Counted from the first letter of the stretch, positions 40,632 through 50,165 are shown. The stretch is DNA of 64,000 nucleotides from Lentisphaerota bacterium (GCA_030590485.1 JAUUYL010000006.1:3785-67784), one strand, 5' to 3'. The notes: generated by a model not told the origin, from the sequence alone. Numbers and translations: made by a program.

Positions 40632-41822
40632 ATGTTGGATCCAGTTGAAGAGGTAATAGAAGCGATTCGCGCTGGTGCTATTGTAATCATCACTGACGAT
40701 GAGAATCGAGAGAATGAGGGTGATCTTATCTGTGCAGCAGAGAAGGTTACTGATGAGTCTATTAATTTTATGGCCAAATATGGACGTGGACTGGTTTGTG
40801 TAGCCATGAAAGCTGATCGGCTGGAGCATCTGGGGCTGTCGCGCATGGCGACTCGCGGTGGCGGTGATGAGTTTCAGACAGCATTCATGGAATCAGTGGA
40901 TGCCGCAAGCGATATTACAACTGGCATAAGTGCCGCGGACAGAGCCCAGACGATAAAGGTCTTGATTGACGATGCTTCGGAAGGAAAAGATCTTGTCAGT
41001 CCCGGGCATACATTTCCTCTTAAAGCAAAGAAGGGTGGGGTTCTTCGCCGTGCCGGTCATACGGAGGCGGCAGTTGACTTGGCGGTAATGGCTGATTTGA
41101 AACCGGCAGGTGTTATTTGTGAGATTCTTCGTGAAGATGGGCAAATGGCGCGGATGGACGAGCTTAAGGATTTTGCGAAGAAGCATGGTCTGAAGATAAC
41201 GAGCATTGCCGACATAATGTCCTACAGGAATCGCAAAGAGCATCTTGTGGCGTTTGTCCGCGAGGTTGATTTCCCGACTGTCTACGGGCACTTCAAGTTG
41301 AGGTTATATATGTCTGAGATCGACAAGAAGGAGCATTTGGCAATTACTATGGGTGAGCTGGGGCCCGATGCAACATTGGTGCGGGTGCATAGTGAATGTT
41401 TGACCGGTGATGTGTTTAGTTCTATGCGCTGCGACTGCGGTAATCAGCTCCATGCAGCTATGAAAATGGTGGCCGAGGAGGGGAACGGTTGCGTCCTGTA
41501 TATGCGTCAGGAAGGGCGGGGGATAGGTCTTGCCAACAAGATACATGCCTATGAACTTCAGGATGCAGGTTTGGACACTGTGGAAGCTAATGAGGAGCTC
41601 GGGTTTAATGCAGACCTGCGCGATTATGGAATTGGCGCACAAATACTCGCAGATCTGGGTCTGAAGAAGATACGGCTTCTGACAAATAATCCGAAGAAAA
41701 TCATTGGGCTCAATGCGTTTGGGCTGGAGATAACTGAACGGGTCCCAATAGTGTCTGATGTGACAGAGCATAGTGAACGGTATTTGATGACCAAGAAGGA
41801 AAAGTTAGGACACATGATTTAG
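40632..41822 (+). CDS. ribBA: Bifunctional DHBP synthase / GTP cyclohydrolase II
   Basis: [33 protein letters not shown] and QEGRGIGL. Confidence 0.96.
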   Translation: MLDPVEEVIEAIRAGAIVIITDDENRENEGDLICAAEKVTDESINFMAKYGRGLVCVAMKADRLEHLGLSRMATRGGGDEFQTAFMESVDAASDITTGISAADRAQTIKVLIDDASEGKDLVSPGHTFPLKAKKGGVLRRAGHTEAAVDLAVMADLKPAGVICEILREDGQMARMDELKDFAKKHGLKITSIADIMSYRNRKEHLVAFVREVDFPTVYGHFKLRLYMSEIDKKEHLAITMGELGPDATLVRVHSECLTGDVFSSMRCDCGNQLHAAMKMVAEEGNGCVLYMRQEGRGIGLANKIHAYELQDAGLDTVEANEELGFNADLRDYGIGAQILADLGLKKIRLLTNNPKKIIGLNAFGLEITERVPIVSDVTEHSERYLMTKKEKLGHMI

Positions 41823-41927
41823 TGGACTGTGGACTGTGGACGGTGGACTGTGGGCGGGATGAGAGAAGACTGTGGACGGTGGACGGGATGAGCGAAGACT
41901 GTGGGCTGTGGCGAGTCTGGACTTGGA
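41820..41927 (+). repeat. Heptamer tract (CTGTGGA-like) with duplicated cgggatgag(a/c)gaaga insert
   Basis: Begins at the ribBA stop: tagtgga ctgtgga ctgtgga cggtgga ctgtggg ... Confidence 0.85.
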
Positions 41928-41953
41928 TAGTGTAAATAAATGGAGGAGGAGAG

Positions 41954-42415
41954 ATGAAAGAGATATCAGTAAAACTGACGGCAGAAGGAATCAAGTTTGG
42001 CATTATTGTCAGCAGATTCAATGACTTCCTGACAAAGCAGCTTATGGAAGGTGCTAAGGATTGCCTGATTCGCCATGGCGCGGATGACAAGAATATTACA
42101 GCAGCATGGGTGCCTGGTGCCAACGAGACACCTATGGTTGCCGACAAAATGGCGCAGTCAGGCAAGTATGATGTCGTCATTGTTCTTGGTGCAGTTATTC
42201 AGGGTGCTACAAAGCATGCGGGTTTAATTATAACGCAGGTGTCAAAATCACTTGCCAGAACATCGATAGAGCGTAATATACCTGTAATCAACGGATTGGT
42301 TTGTGCTGATAACCTGGAGCAGGCAATTGAACGCTCTGGAACCAAGTCCGGCAACAAAGGTTGGGCCGCCGCGCAAACGGCAATTGAAATGGCCAACCTT
42401 TACAAAGAGATATAA
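41954..42415 (+). CDS. ribH: 6,7-dimethyl-8-ribityllumazine synthase
   Basis: VSRFN, VPGA.E, LGAVIQGAT.H and QAIERSG.K.GNKG. Confidence 0.95.
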   Translation: MKEISVKLTAEGIKFGIIVSRFNDFLTKQLMEGAKDCLIRHGADDKNITAAWVPGANETPMVADKMAQSGKYDVVIVLGAVIQGATKHAGLIITQVSKSLARTSIERNIPVINGLVCADNLEQAIERSGTKSGNKGWAAAQTAIEMANLYKEI

Positions 42416-42421
42416 GTGGTA

Positions 42422-42467
42422 TGTATTCGAGAGGATTCTCGAATACAGTTGATAGTTATTTGTTTTT
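42422..42467 (+). repeat. Hairpin plus heptamer dispersed element (copy after ribH)
   Basis: tgtattcgaga-ggat-tctcgaataca then agttgat agttatt tgttttt; homologous to 55347-55402. Confidence 0.75.
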
Positions 42468-42629
42468 AATAGGTCTTCATGCTGGATGTTTGAGTGAATC
42501 TGGAATTAATGCTGGTTTTTATGTTGCTCTCTGGAGTAGTCTGTCTGCTTGCGTAACAAAATACTAATAACAATTAACTTTTAACCAATAACTGAGCCTG
42601 CGCTGTTTGAGCGTAGGCTTTGGGGGAAT

Positions 42630-43046
42630 ATGTCAACTAGACGAGATGCCAGAGAATGGGCGGTTCAACTTCTGTTCCAGATAGATCTTAATGCAACAGA
42701 CAAGCTGGATAGGGTGTTGTCTGCCTTTTGGGAGGATAAAGAATCGGACGAAGCTTCCCGTAAATACGCAGAATTCCTTGTTAAAGGTGTTCGGGGTGCC
42801 ATTGAGGAAATAGACGCACTTTTGAGTAAATATGCCGACAACTGGGATATCAACAGGATGGGCGTGATTGATCGTAATGTGTTACGCCTGGCATTGTTCG
42901 AGATGAACAACGCTGATGAGGTGCCATCTGTCGTGTCCATTAATGAAGCGGTGGATCTGGCTAAGTATTTCAGCAGTTCTGAATCGGGTAAATTCGTCAA
43001 CGGTATCCTCGACAGGGCAAGGAAAGAACTCGAAGCAACTCCATGA
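42630..43046 (+). CDS. nusB: Transcription antitermination factor NusB
   Basis: RRDARE.AVQLLFQ, IDRNVLRLA, INEAVDLAK and FVNGILD. Confidence 0.95.
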   Translation: MSTRRDAREWAVQLLFQIDLNATDKLDRVLSAFWEDKESDEASRKYAEFLVKGVRGAIEEIDALLSKYADNWDINRMGVIDRNVLRLALFEMNNADEVPSVVSINEAVDLAKYFSSSESGKFVNGILDRARKELEATP

Positions 43047-45523
43047 ACAGTTCGTCAGATCAGAAAAACAGATTCAAGCCATCTGGCTTGATGGTAGTTT
43101 TTCTTCTTTCGTTACTTTCACTTGAGCTTACTATCCTTGGCGGCCGCTTTTTGCTTGGCGGCGACTCTGTCATGACGGATCTCTTTATGAGATGGCGCCT
43201 AACGCTGTCGATGGGTGCTTTTTCTAAAGATACTAAGGATATCATTCTTCTTGGTATTGACCCCAAGACGCAGCTTGTTTTGGGGCGATATGGGGCAGGG
43301 CAATGGGTTTCCCGGAAACCGTTTGTTGACAGCCTGCGTTTCTTTCATAAACACCTTAAGCCTAGCGTGATTGGTTATGATATTGTTTTTGAGGATGACC
43401 TTTCTTCTGTAGAAGGATCTCGGGGAAAGCGTGTAAGTGAATCTCCAGACAAATTGAAGGCGCTTGCAGACCAGATAATCAAGGGATCGAAGCAAGGTGG
43501 GGATACTGTTCCTCGGTCTACGCTTGCGGACATTAACCGTTTGGTGATAGAGCAGGGTAACAAGACTTTTGCAAATGCATATGCGGAGGTGCAGGAGGCC
43601 GAATTCTTTCAAACGCTCCTCGGCTTTTATTTTCGCGGAGGTGGAGTCGATCCGCAAGCTATAAAGATCGAGTCTTGGTCAGATGAAGATATCTTCGGTG
43701 ATGATGAGGACGGTGATGAGGATATGGGGCTAAGGATCCCGTATCTCACGGATCTGGCTATACCTGTTGAGACTGTACATTATGCTACGAAGCGCAAGGA
43801 CGGCCGATCCGAGCCATCGTCTAATGCAAGCTTACCAGCCAGTGAGTTGCTGGATTATATCATGATGGCGCCTCTTAATGTTCCGCGTGATCGAGATGGC
43901 GTTGCCCGACTCGTGCCTATGGTCTTGAGCTTTATGTATCAGAACTCAGTCACAAAGGAGAAAAAAAAATACTTTGTGCCGTCCTTCTCGTTGATGGCGG
44001 CGATGCTGCATCTTGGTGTAGAGTTCCCGCTAGAGCCTGATGACATAGAGGTTTTTATGGGGGATAAGATAATCCTGCGGTCCTCCGCCAAGGGCGAGTA
44101 TCATATACCTATTGACGATGACGGGTACATGTATTTGAACTACAAGAATACATTTAATGACTTTGACGCCATCAGTTTCTCGCGAGTTTCCCCCTCGTAC
44201 CTTGAGTATTCCCCCGAGTCTATCGAACGTTATGCTGAGTCCTACAAAAAAATAATTGATGGAAGGATTTCGCTTGTGGGTGTAACTGTTACGGGTGTTG
44301 ACGTGGGGGCTACGCCGCTATATTCCAATATTCCGCTTGTGTTTGTCCAGATGACAGCTATCAATAATATACTTACACGAAGTTTTATTGCGCCGCTTGG
44401 AGCGAAGGATAGGATTGTGCTTTGGCTCGTCATGTTTGTTCTCGTGACTTTGATATGTCAATATGAAAAGTCGTTTAAGCTCGGTCCTGCATTGTTTCTT
44501 TTTGGAGTTTTCTATTTCATTATGGCATATGTGTTTATACATAAGAGCTGGTTGATCATGCCGGTTGTGCAGCCGTTACTTTACATTGCTCTAACCTCTT
44601 TCAGCATACTTACGTATCGTTTTTTTACTGAAGAACGCGCTAAGAAAAAAATACGGGGCATGTTCTCGACAATGGTTTCGGATAAGGTTCTTATTTATCT
44701 CGAAGAAAACCCACGGAGCTTTTCTTTGCAGGGCCGGAATATTGATACCACGGTGTTCTTCTCGGATGTGGCGAGTTTTACGTCAATAAGCGAGACATTA
44801 CCGCCTGAGAAACTTACGGACCTGTTGAATCGATATTTGACGCCTGTTACGGACTGCATAATGAGTTATGACGGATATGTTGACAAATACGTAGGTGATG
44901 GAATTATGGCAGTATGGGGAGCGCCGAACCCTGATCCTGAACATGCTTTGAAGGCTTGCCTTTCAGCGCTTGAACAGCAGGCAATAATAGACGGCATGAA
45001 CGACGAGCTGGAAAGAGAGTATGGTGCGAAGATTCATGTTAGGATGGGTTTGAACTCCGGGATCGTTACGGCTGGAAATATGGGCTCTGAGAAAAAGTTT
45101 CAGTACACTGTCATGGGCGATGTGGTTAATCTTTCTTCCAGGTTGGAGCCGGTCAATAAAGACTTTAATACGAGTATTATTATTGGCGATACGACGGCCA
45201 AAGCTGTTAAAGATATGCTTGTCGTGAGAATGCTGGATAAGATAGTCGTGAAGGGGAAGGTTGAGATTGTTCCCATATATGAATTAGTGGGTAAGAAGGG
45301 GACTGTTGCTGATTCGACTATGAGCGTTCTGGCGCTTTATGAAGAGGCGCTCGCTCAGTTTCATGGCAGAGAATGGAAGAAGTCACTGCAGATTCTGGAG
45401 AAGACCCTTGCCATTTGTAATGATGGTGCGAGTCTTTACTTAAAGAACCGCGTGCTGGAGTTTATGAAAAACGCACCGCCGGATAATTGGCACGGTGAAT
45501 ACATCCGGGAAAGTAAAGAGTAG
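43043..45523 (+). CDS. CHASE2-domain class III adenylate cyclase
   Basis: N-terminal TM; IILLGID, YDIVF and DRDGVAR CHASE2 motifs; 3 TM; FSDVASFT, DKYVGDGIMA and GNMGS..KFQYTVMGDVVNLSSRLE. Confidence 0.92.
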   Translation: MNSSSDQKNRFKPSGLMVVFLLSLLSLELTILGGRFLLGGDSVMTDLFMRWRLTLSMGAFSKDTKDIILLGIDPKTQLVLGRYGAGQWVSRKPFVDSLRFFHKHLKPSVIGYDIVFEDDLSSVEGSRGKRVSESPDKLKALADQIIKGSKQGGDTVPRSTLADINRLVIEQGNKTFANAYAEVQEAEFFQTLLGFYFRGGGVDPQAIKIESWSDEDIFGDDEDGDEDMGLRIPYLTDLAIPVETVHYATKRKDGRSEPSSNASLPASELLDYIMMAPLNVPRDRDGVARLVPMVLSFMYQNSVTKEKKKYFVPSFSLMAAMLHLGVEFPLEPDDIEVFMGDKIILRSSAKGEYHIPIDDDGYMYLNYKNTFNDFDAISFSRVSPSYLEYSPESIERYAESYKKIIDGRISLVGVTVTGVDVGATPLYSNIPLVFVQMTAINNILTRSFIAPLGAKDRIVLWLVMFVLVTLICQYEKSFKLGPALFLFGVFYFIMAYVFIHKSWLIMPVVQPLLYIALTSFSILTYRFFTEERAKKKIRGMFSTMVSDKVLIYLEENPRSFSLQGRNIDTTVFFSDVASFTSISETLPPEKLTDLLNRYLTPVTDCIMSYDGYVDKYVGDGIMAVWGAPNPDPEHALKACLSALEQQAIIDGMNDELEREYGAKIHVRMGLNSGIVTAGNMGSEKKFQYTVMGDVVNLSSRLEPVNKDFNTSIIIGDTTAKAVKDMLVVRMLDKIVVKGKVEIVPIYELVGKKGTVADSTMSVLALYEEALAQFHGREWKKSLQILEKTLAICNDGASLYLKNRVLEFMKNAPPDNWHGEYIRESKE

Positions 45524-45634
45524 AGAGTAGAGAAGGGAGAATGAACAACCAACTTCCAAGTGGAGACTTATAGGCTTTGGATTAGGGTTGCGGGAGGCAG
45601 GGACGGAATGTCGAATATCCAATTTCGAAGTGGT

Positions 45635-46759
45635 TTAGGTCGTTGCTTTTAAAAGAAACACTGAGAATGTAGTTCCTTCGCCAAGCGTTGATTTAACTTG
45701 AATATCGCCTTTATGTTCTGAAGCGATTCCTCTGGAAATCGAGAGTCCAAGTCCAGTGCCCTTGTCCTTTTTCTTGGTCGTCATGAATGATTGAAATATT
45801 TCCCCAAGAATATTTTCTGGAATGCCGGCGCCAGTGTCGGACACATCTACCTTCCAGTATTTTCCGGCAGTACGCTCGCATGAAGATATGTCAATTGCGA
45901 TATTGCGTGTCTCAGCATCCTCCATTGCATCGCAAGCGTTGGAAATAAGGTTCATGAAGATCTGCTCCAGTTTGTTTGGCGCGCCGTCTACATAGTAGCG
46001 CTCTTTTTCGATGTTATTCTGGAGTTGCACGTCGGCTTTTATCATCTTGTTGTCTGTCATGAATAGTGCGTCATCTATGCAATGGGCAAGATCAACCTTC
46101 TCGTGTTTTTCTTCAACGCCGCGTGAGAAATTGCGAAGGTGATTTGCGAGCTTTTCAATGGACTGTGAAGCTTTTTTGACGCTTACTGTTTGCGACTTTA
46201 TGCCTTCAACCATTTCGTCATGAGCCATGTCGCTTTCGAGTTCCTTTTGCATGATCTCATTCGACAGCATGATAACCGTCAATGGGTTGTTGATGTCATG
46301 AGCCACACCTGATGCCAATTCACCAATAGCAGCCAACCGTCCCGCATGTGCGAGACTGTTCTGGAGATCCTTTACAGTTCTCAGGTCGCGAAGAATAGAG
46401 AATGTGCGGAGAAAGTTGCCCTTATCGTCATAAATGCTGAAAGATCGGATTTCCACAGGGATCTCTTCGCCGTCCTTGGTTTTTAGCCAACTCTCAGGAA
46501 TGTTCTTATCGCCATCCTCTTTGAGGTCAGAAAAGCCCTTTTCCATCTCTCTCAGGATTCTGTCTGCGTAGATCTCCTTAATGTCTTTACCAATAAGTTC
46601 TTCACTTGTGTAACCAAGGAGCGTTTCGGCGGTTTTGTTTGTGTAGACTATCTTTCCGTCGTCTCCAATGGAGTGAATCATATCAGGGAAATTGTCTAAC
46701 AGAATCTTGAATATATCTGCTTCTCTGATCTCAATGTCGTCTATTTTCATTATGCTCAT
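45635..46759 (-). CDS. Cytoplasmic PAS-domain sensor histidine kinase (NtrB-like)
   Basis: PAS domain; H-box GVAHDINNPL, N-box NLISNACDA, DTGAGI and GTGLGL; ATG 46759 with GAGGT RBS. Confidence 0.92.
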   Translation of the reverse strand: MSIMKIDDIEIREADIFKILLDNFPDMIHSIGDDGKIVYTNKTAETLLGYTSEELIGKDIKEIYADRILREMEKGFSDLKEDGDKNIPESWLKTKDGEEIPVEIRSFSIYDDKGNFLRTFSILRDLRTVKDLQNSLAHAGRLAAIGELASGVAHDINNPLTVIMLSNEIMQKELESDMAHDEMVEGIKSQTVSVKKASQSIEKLANHLRNFSRGVEEKHEKVDLAHCIDDALFMTDNKMIKADVQLQNNIEKERYYVDGAPNKLEQIFMNLISNACDAMEDAETRNIAIDISSCERTAGKYWKVDVSDTGAGIPENILGEIFQSFMTTKKKDKGTGLGLSISRGIASEHKGDIQVKSTLGEGTTFSVFLLKATT

Positions 46760-46907
46760 AATAAAGACCTCTTTATAGGCTATAATTATCACTTGGCCTC
46801 AAGATTGTCTATGTTTTTTTTGCTTGTATCTTTGCTCGTCTTGCATATTGTATAAGTAATTGTGTATAAAGAATTACCTCTGACACTTTGACTCAAGGAG
46901 AATGTAT

Positions 46908-47630
46908 ATGAGTATCATGGATGGTATTAATAGTTTAATCAGAAAGATTACCGGTGTAGGTGCATCTTCAGCACCAACGCTTAAAGTTGATAAGTCAGTT
47001 TTGCTGGAGAAAATCCGCCAAACAGATCTTTTCAAGGATGTTCCTGAGGAAAACCTGAATGAAATGTATACCAATATGGAGATCATTGCGGTTCCTGCCG
47101 GAAAACAAATCGTTACCGAAGGACAAGAGGGCGATTTTTATTATCTTCTGGCTGAAGGTCATGCCCGGGTTACCCGGAACAACGAAGTATTGGCTGACCT
47201 TGATGAACCCCAGGGGTTTGGTGAAGAATCGCTTATTTCCAATGCGACCCGTAACGCAACAGTTACAATGACTACGGACGGTGCAGTGATGCGCTTGTCA
47301 AAAGATGGATTTAATGACTATGTAAAAGAGCCGTTGCTTGATTGGTTTTCACCTAGCGAGGCGCAGAAGAAGATTGCTGATGGCGCCAAGTGGATTGATG
47401 TCCGTGAAGAAGACAAAGCTAAACAAGATCATCTTCACGGTTCACTCGCAATCCCCGTTACTGTCATACGCGACAGATTTGAAGAGCTTGAAAAAGACAC
47501 TTTGTATATCTGCTACTGCGAGAATGGACGCCTCAGTTCCACCGCAGCATTTCTCATGCGCCAGGAAGGTTTCAAAGTTGGCGTCCTCAGAGGCGGCCTT
47601 AAAAGCCTGAAACAGGCGGGCATAGCGTAG
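46908..47630 (+). CDS. Cyclic-nucleotide-binding domain plus rhodanese domain protein
   Basis: EGQEGDFYY and FGEESLI...RNATV (cNMP); IDVRE, HLHGS, YCENGRLS and LRGGL (rhodanese). Confidence 0.88.
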   Translation: MSIMDGINSLIRKITGVGASSAPTLKVDKSVLLEKIRQTDLFKDVPEENLNEMYTNMEIIAVPAGKQIVTEGQEGDFYYLLAEGHARVTRNNEVLADLDEPQGFGEESLISNATRNATVTMTTDGAVMRLSKDGFNDYVKEPLLDWFSPSEAQKKIADGAKWIDVREEDKAKQDHLHGSLAIPVTVIRDRFEELEKDTLYICYCENGRLSSTAAFLMRQEGFKVGVLRGGLKSLKQAGIA

Positions 47631-47965
47631 GAGGAAAGCAGGTCGTTTAAGCGTAAACAAGTAAACTATACCTACACATAAGCGTACACTTACGCCCACA
47701 CATCGTCGCACACATACATGGTTACGCGTAAAAGACACGCTTTATCGGTCTCAACTGCCTCAATAATCTCGCTACCTGCCCGCAGTGCTACAACATAGCA
47801 GGCGGGCAAGATAATTCCGCCCATTCTACGCAGCAATTGCACTCTATACCTCCACCGAAAGACCAGATCCTATTCGGTTGGCAATTCCATCTACCCACAG
47901 ATTATTCATAAGACCCTTAAATCCTTTAAAAACATATTAGAACTTGACCCGGAGGACGTTCCAAG

Positions 47966-47974
47966 TGCTATAAT
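47966..47974 (+). promoter_or_regulatory. Extended -10 promoter upstream of the degenerate regulator
   Basis: TGcTATAAT; TTGACC 19 nt upstream of the hexamer. Confidence 0.5.
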
Positions 47975-48067
47975 GCTCGCCAGAGTAGAGGGTTATAAGC
48001 TTAATCTTCCTGATGAAACGTGGGCGGGTGAATTTACGCGTTCTACGAAGGATTAAAAGGAAAAGTA

Positions 48068-49192
48068 ATGTCAAAGATACTGCTAGCCAGTAATGAACAG
48101 AGCACAGCCGACATCCTTTCTAAGCTCCTTAAGACAGAGGGTTATAAGGTGGTAATAGCCTCAGTCCTGAGCCATGCACAGGAGTTGATTGAAACCGATG
48201 ACTTTGATCTGACTATTACTAGCGCAAGCAAGGGGTTTGATCCTGAGCTCAGCCTTATGAACTCCGCCAGAACACACAAGGCGTCTATGCCTGTAATTGT
48301 CATGAAGGAAGCTGGTGATGCAGAAGCCGATGCCTTGATAGATGAATATAAACCCTTTGCGACGATGGGCAAGCCGATCAAGGTTGATCGGCTTCTGATT
48401 ACGGTTCAGCAGGCAATAGATTTTAAAGGTGATGAAGCGTCGGAAGATGTAAACCTCAACCTTCAACTTGAGAAGATTTATCAGTTTGAAGGTATTGTCG
48501 CTGAAAGTCCCACGATGAAAAGCGTGTGCGATATGGTCAGTCGTGTTGCAGGAATCGACGTCACAATACTTCTGTCTGGTGAGTCTGGAACAGGTAAAAC
48601 CGAGATTGCAAGAACACTGCATCTTAACAGTAACAGGAACGCTGGCCCGTTTATTTCTGTAGACTGCTCCAAGGGTGATCCTTCTGGCGAGCTTTTTGGT
48701 GGCGGCGGACAGAGTGCGCTTGTGCTTGCAAATGAGGGCACGATTTTTATTAGGGAAATCAGTAAGCTTTCGCCTGCCACGCAGGATAAACTTCATAAGG
48801 TTCTTGTTGAGAAATCTCTTTCGGCCATCGACTTGGGTAATACAGGTTTTGATATTCGTGTGATAGCGTCAACAAGCGATGATCTCGATAAATTAGTGGC
48901 AGACGGCAAGTTTAAGGAGGAACTTTACAAGATACTGAAAGTCATCCTGATAAAGATTCAGCCCTTGAGAAACCGTCCTCAGGATATCATGCCTACGTTC
49001 AGGCGTATGCTTCAGCAGAAGCTTGGTGATGGGGAAACCCTCCCCAGCATGGAAGTTGAAGTAATTGATGTGTTGGAGAAACATTCATGGCCGGGCAATA
49101 CAGATGATATCGAGACAGTTATTGATTATGCATTGGCAAATCTGGTTAATGACAGCATCAAGAAAGAAAGCCTTCCCGCCGGGATAGCCTAA
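48068..49192 (+). CDS. Degenerate NtrC-like protein (pseudo-receiver plus GAFTGA-less AAA+ domain, no HTH)
   Basis: GESGTGKT and WPGN retained; acidic pocket LLASNE, no phospho-Asp (LTITSA), ELFG followed by a deletion, Walker B IFIREI. Confidence 0.8.
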   Translation: MSKILLASNEQSTADILSKLLKTEGYKVVIASVLSHAQELIETDDFDLTITSASKGFDPELSLMNSARTHKASMPVIVMKEAGDAEADALIDEYKPFATMGKPIKVDRLLITVQQAIDFKGDEASEDVNLNLQLEKIYQFEGIVAESPTMKSVCDMVSRVAGIDVTILLSGESGTGKTEIARTLHLNSNRNAGPFISVDCSKGDPSGELFGGGGQSALVLANEGTIFIREISKLSPATQDKLHKVLVEKSLSAIDLGNTGFDIRVIASTSDDLDKLVADGKFKEELYKILKVILIKIQPLRNRPQDIMPTFRRMLQQKLGDGETLPSMEVEVIDVLEKHSWPGNTDDIETVIDYALANLVNDSIKKESLPAGIA

Positions 49193-49197
49193 ACGGG

Positions 49198-50010
49198 CTA
49201 TAGCTTCATGCCTTCAACCGCCGCGCCAGTATTCTTGAATAGACTGCGCGCATCTTCAATGATTTTGTCAATCTCGTCGTCAGTACGTTCCGGTGCGTGG
49301 TGGGTAAGAAGCAGTTGGCCTACGTGAGCTTTGTTTGCAATATAGGTGGCGACTTCCCATGTGCTGTGACCCCAGCCGATATGCTGTTTGTATTCGTCGG
49401 GAGTGTATTGGGCGTCGAAGATCAGATGGTCAGCTCCCTCACAAAACTCAATAAAATCGTGCGACACTCTGTCAATGTCGAATTCAACATCAGTTGCGAT
49501 GACAATACTCTTTGTTTCGTCGCTCAATCTGAATGCAAGGCATTGTTGTGGATGAGGAACATTGCACCATTTTATGTCTATGCCGTATAGGCTGAAACTA
49601 TCGTCATCAACCGGAATGTTTTTCATTTCCATGGTTGCGTCCGCCTCGCCGATGCCTATTGGCCAATATGGTTTACCTATGAGCGTGGTCAGTGATTCGC
49701 GCCAATTATCGTTACGGCGTGGATCCGCCATTATGGATATCTTCGCATTTTTATTGTAAAGGGGGTTGAAGGATGGAAGCCCTGAGAGATGATCCAGGTG
49801 AAAGTGCGTGAAAATCATTGTGATTGGTAGCGGGGTAGCAAGTTCGCCAATTTCCTTGGCTACTCGGGATACACCTGTTCCTGCGTCTATGATTATAAAA
49901 CCTTCGTCAGTCTTGACTCTGAATGATGTGGTACTGCCACCGTATTTAAGATATTCACTGCTGCATACTGCGGTTGTCCCTCTTGTTCCTAATATGTGAA
50001 AATCTAACAT
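49198..50010 (-). CDS. MBL-fold metallo-hydrolase (putative cyclic-nucleotide phosphodiesterase)
   Basis: LGTRGT, IDAGTG, THFHLDH, ATDVE, DAQY, GWGHS and THHAP. Confidence 0.85.
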   Translation of the reverse strand: MLDFHILGTRGTTAVCSSEYLKYGGSTTSFRVKTDEGFIIIDAGTGVSRVAKEIGELATPLPITMIFTHFHLDHLSGLPSFNPLYNKNAKISIMADPRRNDNWRESLTTLIGKPYWPIGIGEADATMEMKNIPVDDDSFSLYGIDIKWCNVPHPQQCLAFRLSDETKSIVIATDVEFDIDRVSHDFIEFCEGADHLIFDAQYTPDEYKQHIGWGHSTWEVATYIANKAHVGQLLLTHHAPERTDDEIDKIIEDARSLFKNTGAAVEGMKL

Positions 50011-50165
50011 AGCAACTCGCTCAGGGTGTTGGTGTTTAATACAGGGATCAATCCTGCACCGCAAGGAGCAGTAGAGATATTTATGTAATGATGGTACTCT
50101 TCGACCCTCTTTCTGTCAACAGAAACACTCGACAGTTTGCTGTTAATGTTCTAATTTAGTGGGGT

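Noticed and set aside
40334-40846. 170-aa minus-strand ORF
   Set aside because: Antisense to the FMN riboswitch and ribBA
41820-41927. Repeat with spacer-like inserts as possible CRISPR
   Set aside because: Units are 7 bp, the inserts are near-identical, and there are no cas genes
46794-46810. Sigma54-like TGGCCT-N5-TTGT, and TGGCAT-N5-TTGA at 9001
   Set aside because: The conserved -12 GC is missing
46759-46920. Divergent genes both beginning MSIM
   Set aside because: Four residues only; most likely coincidence
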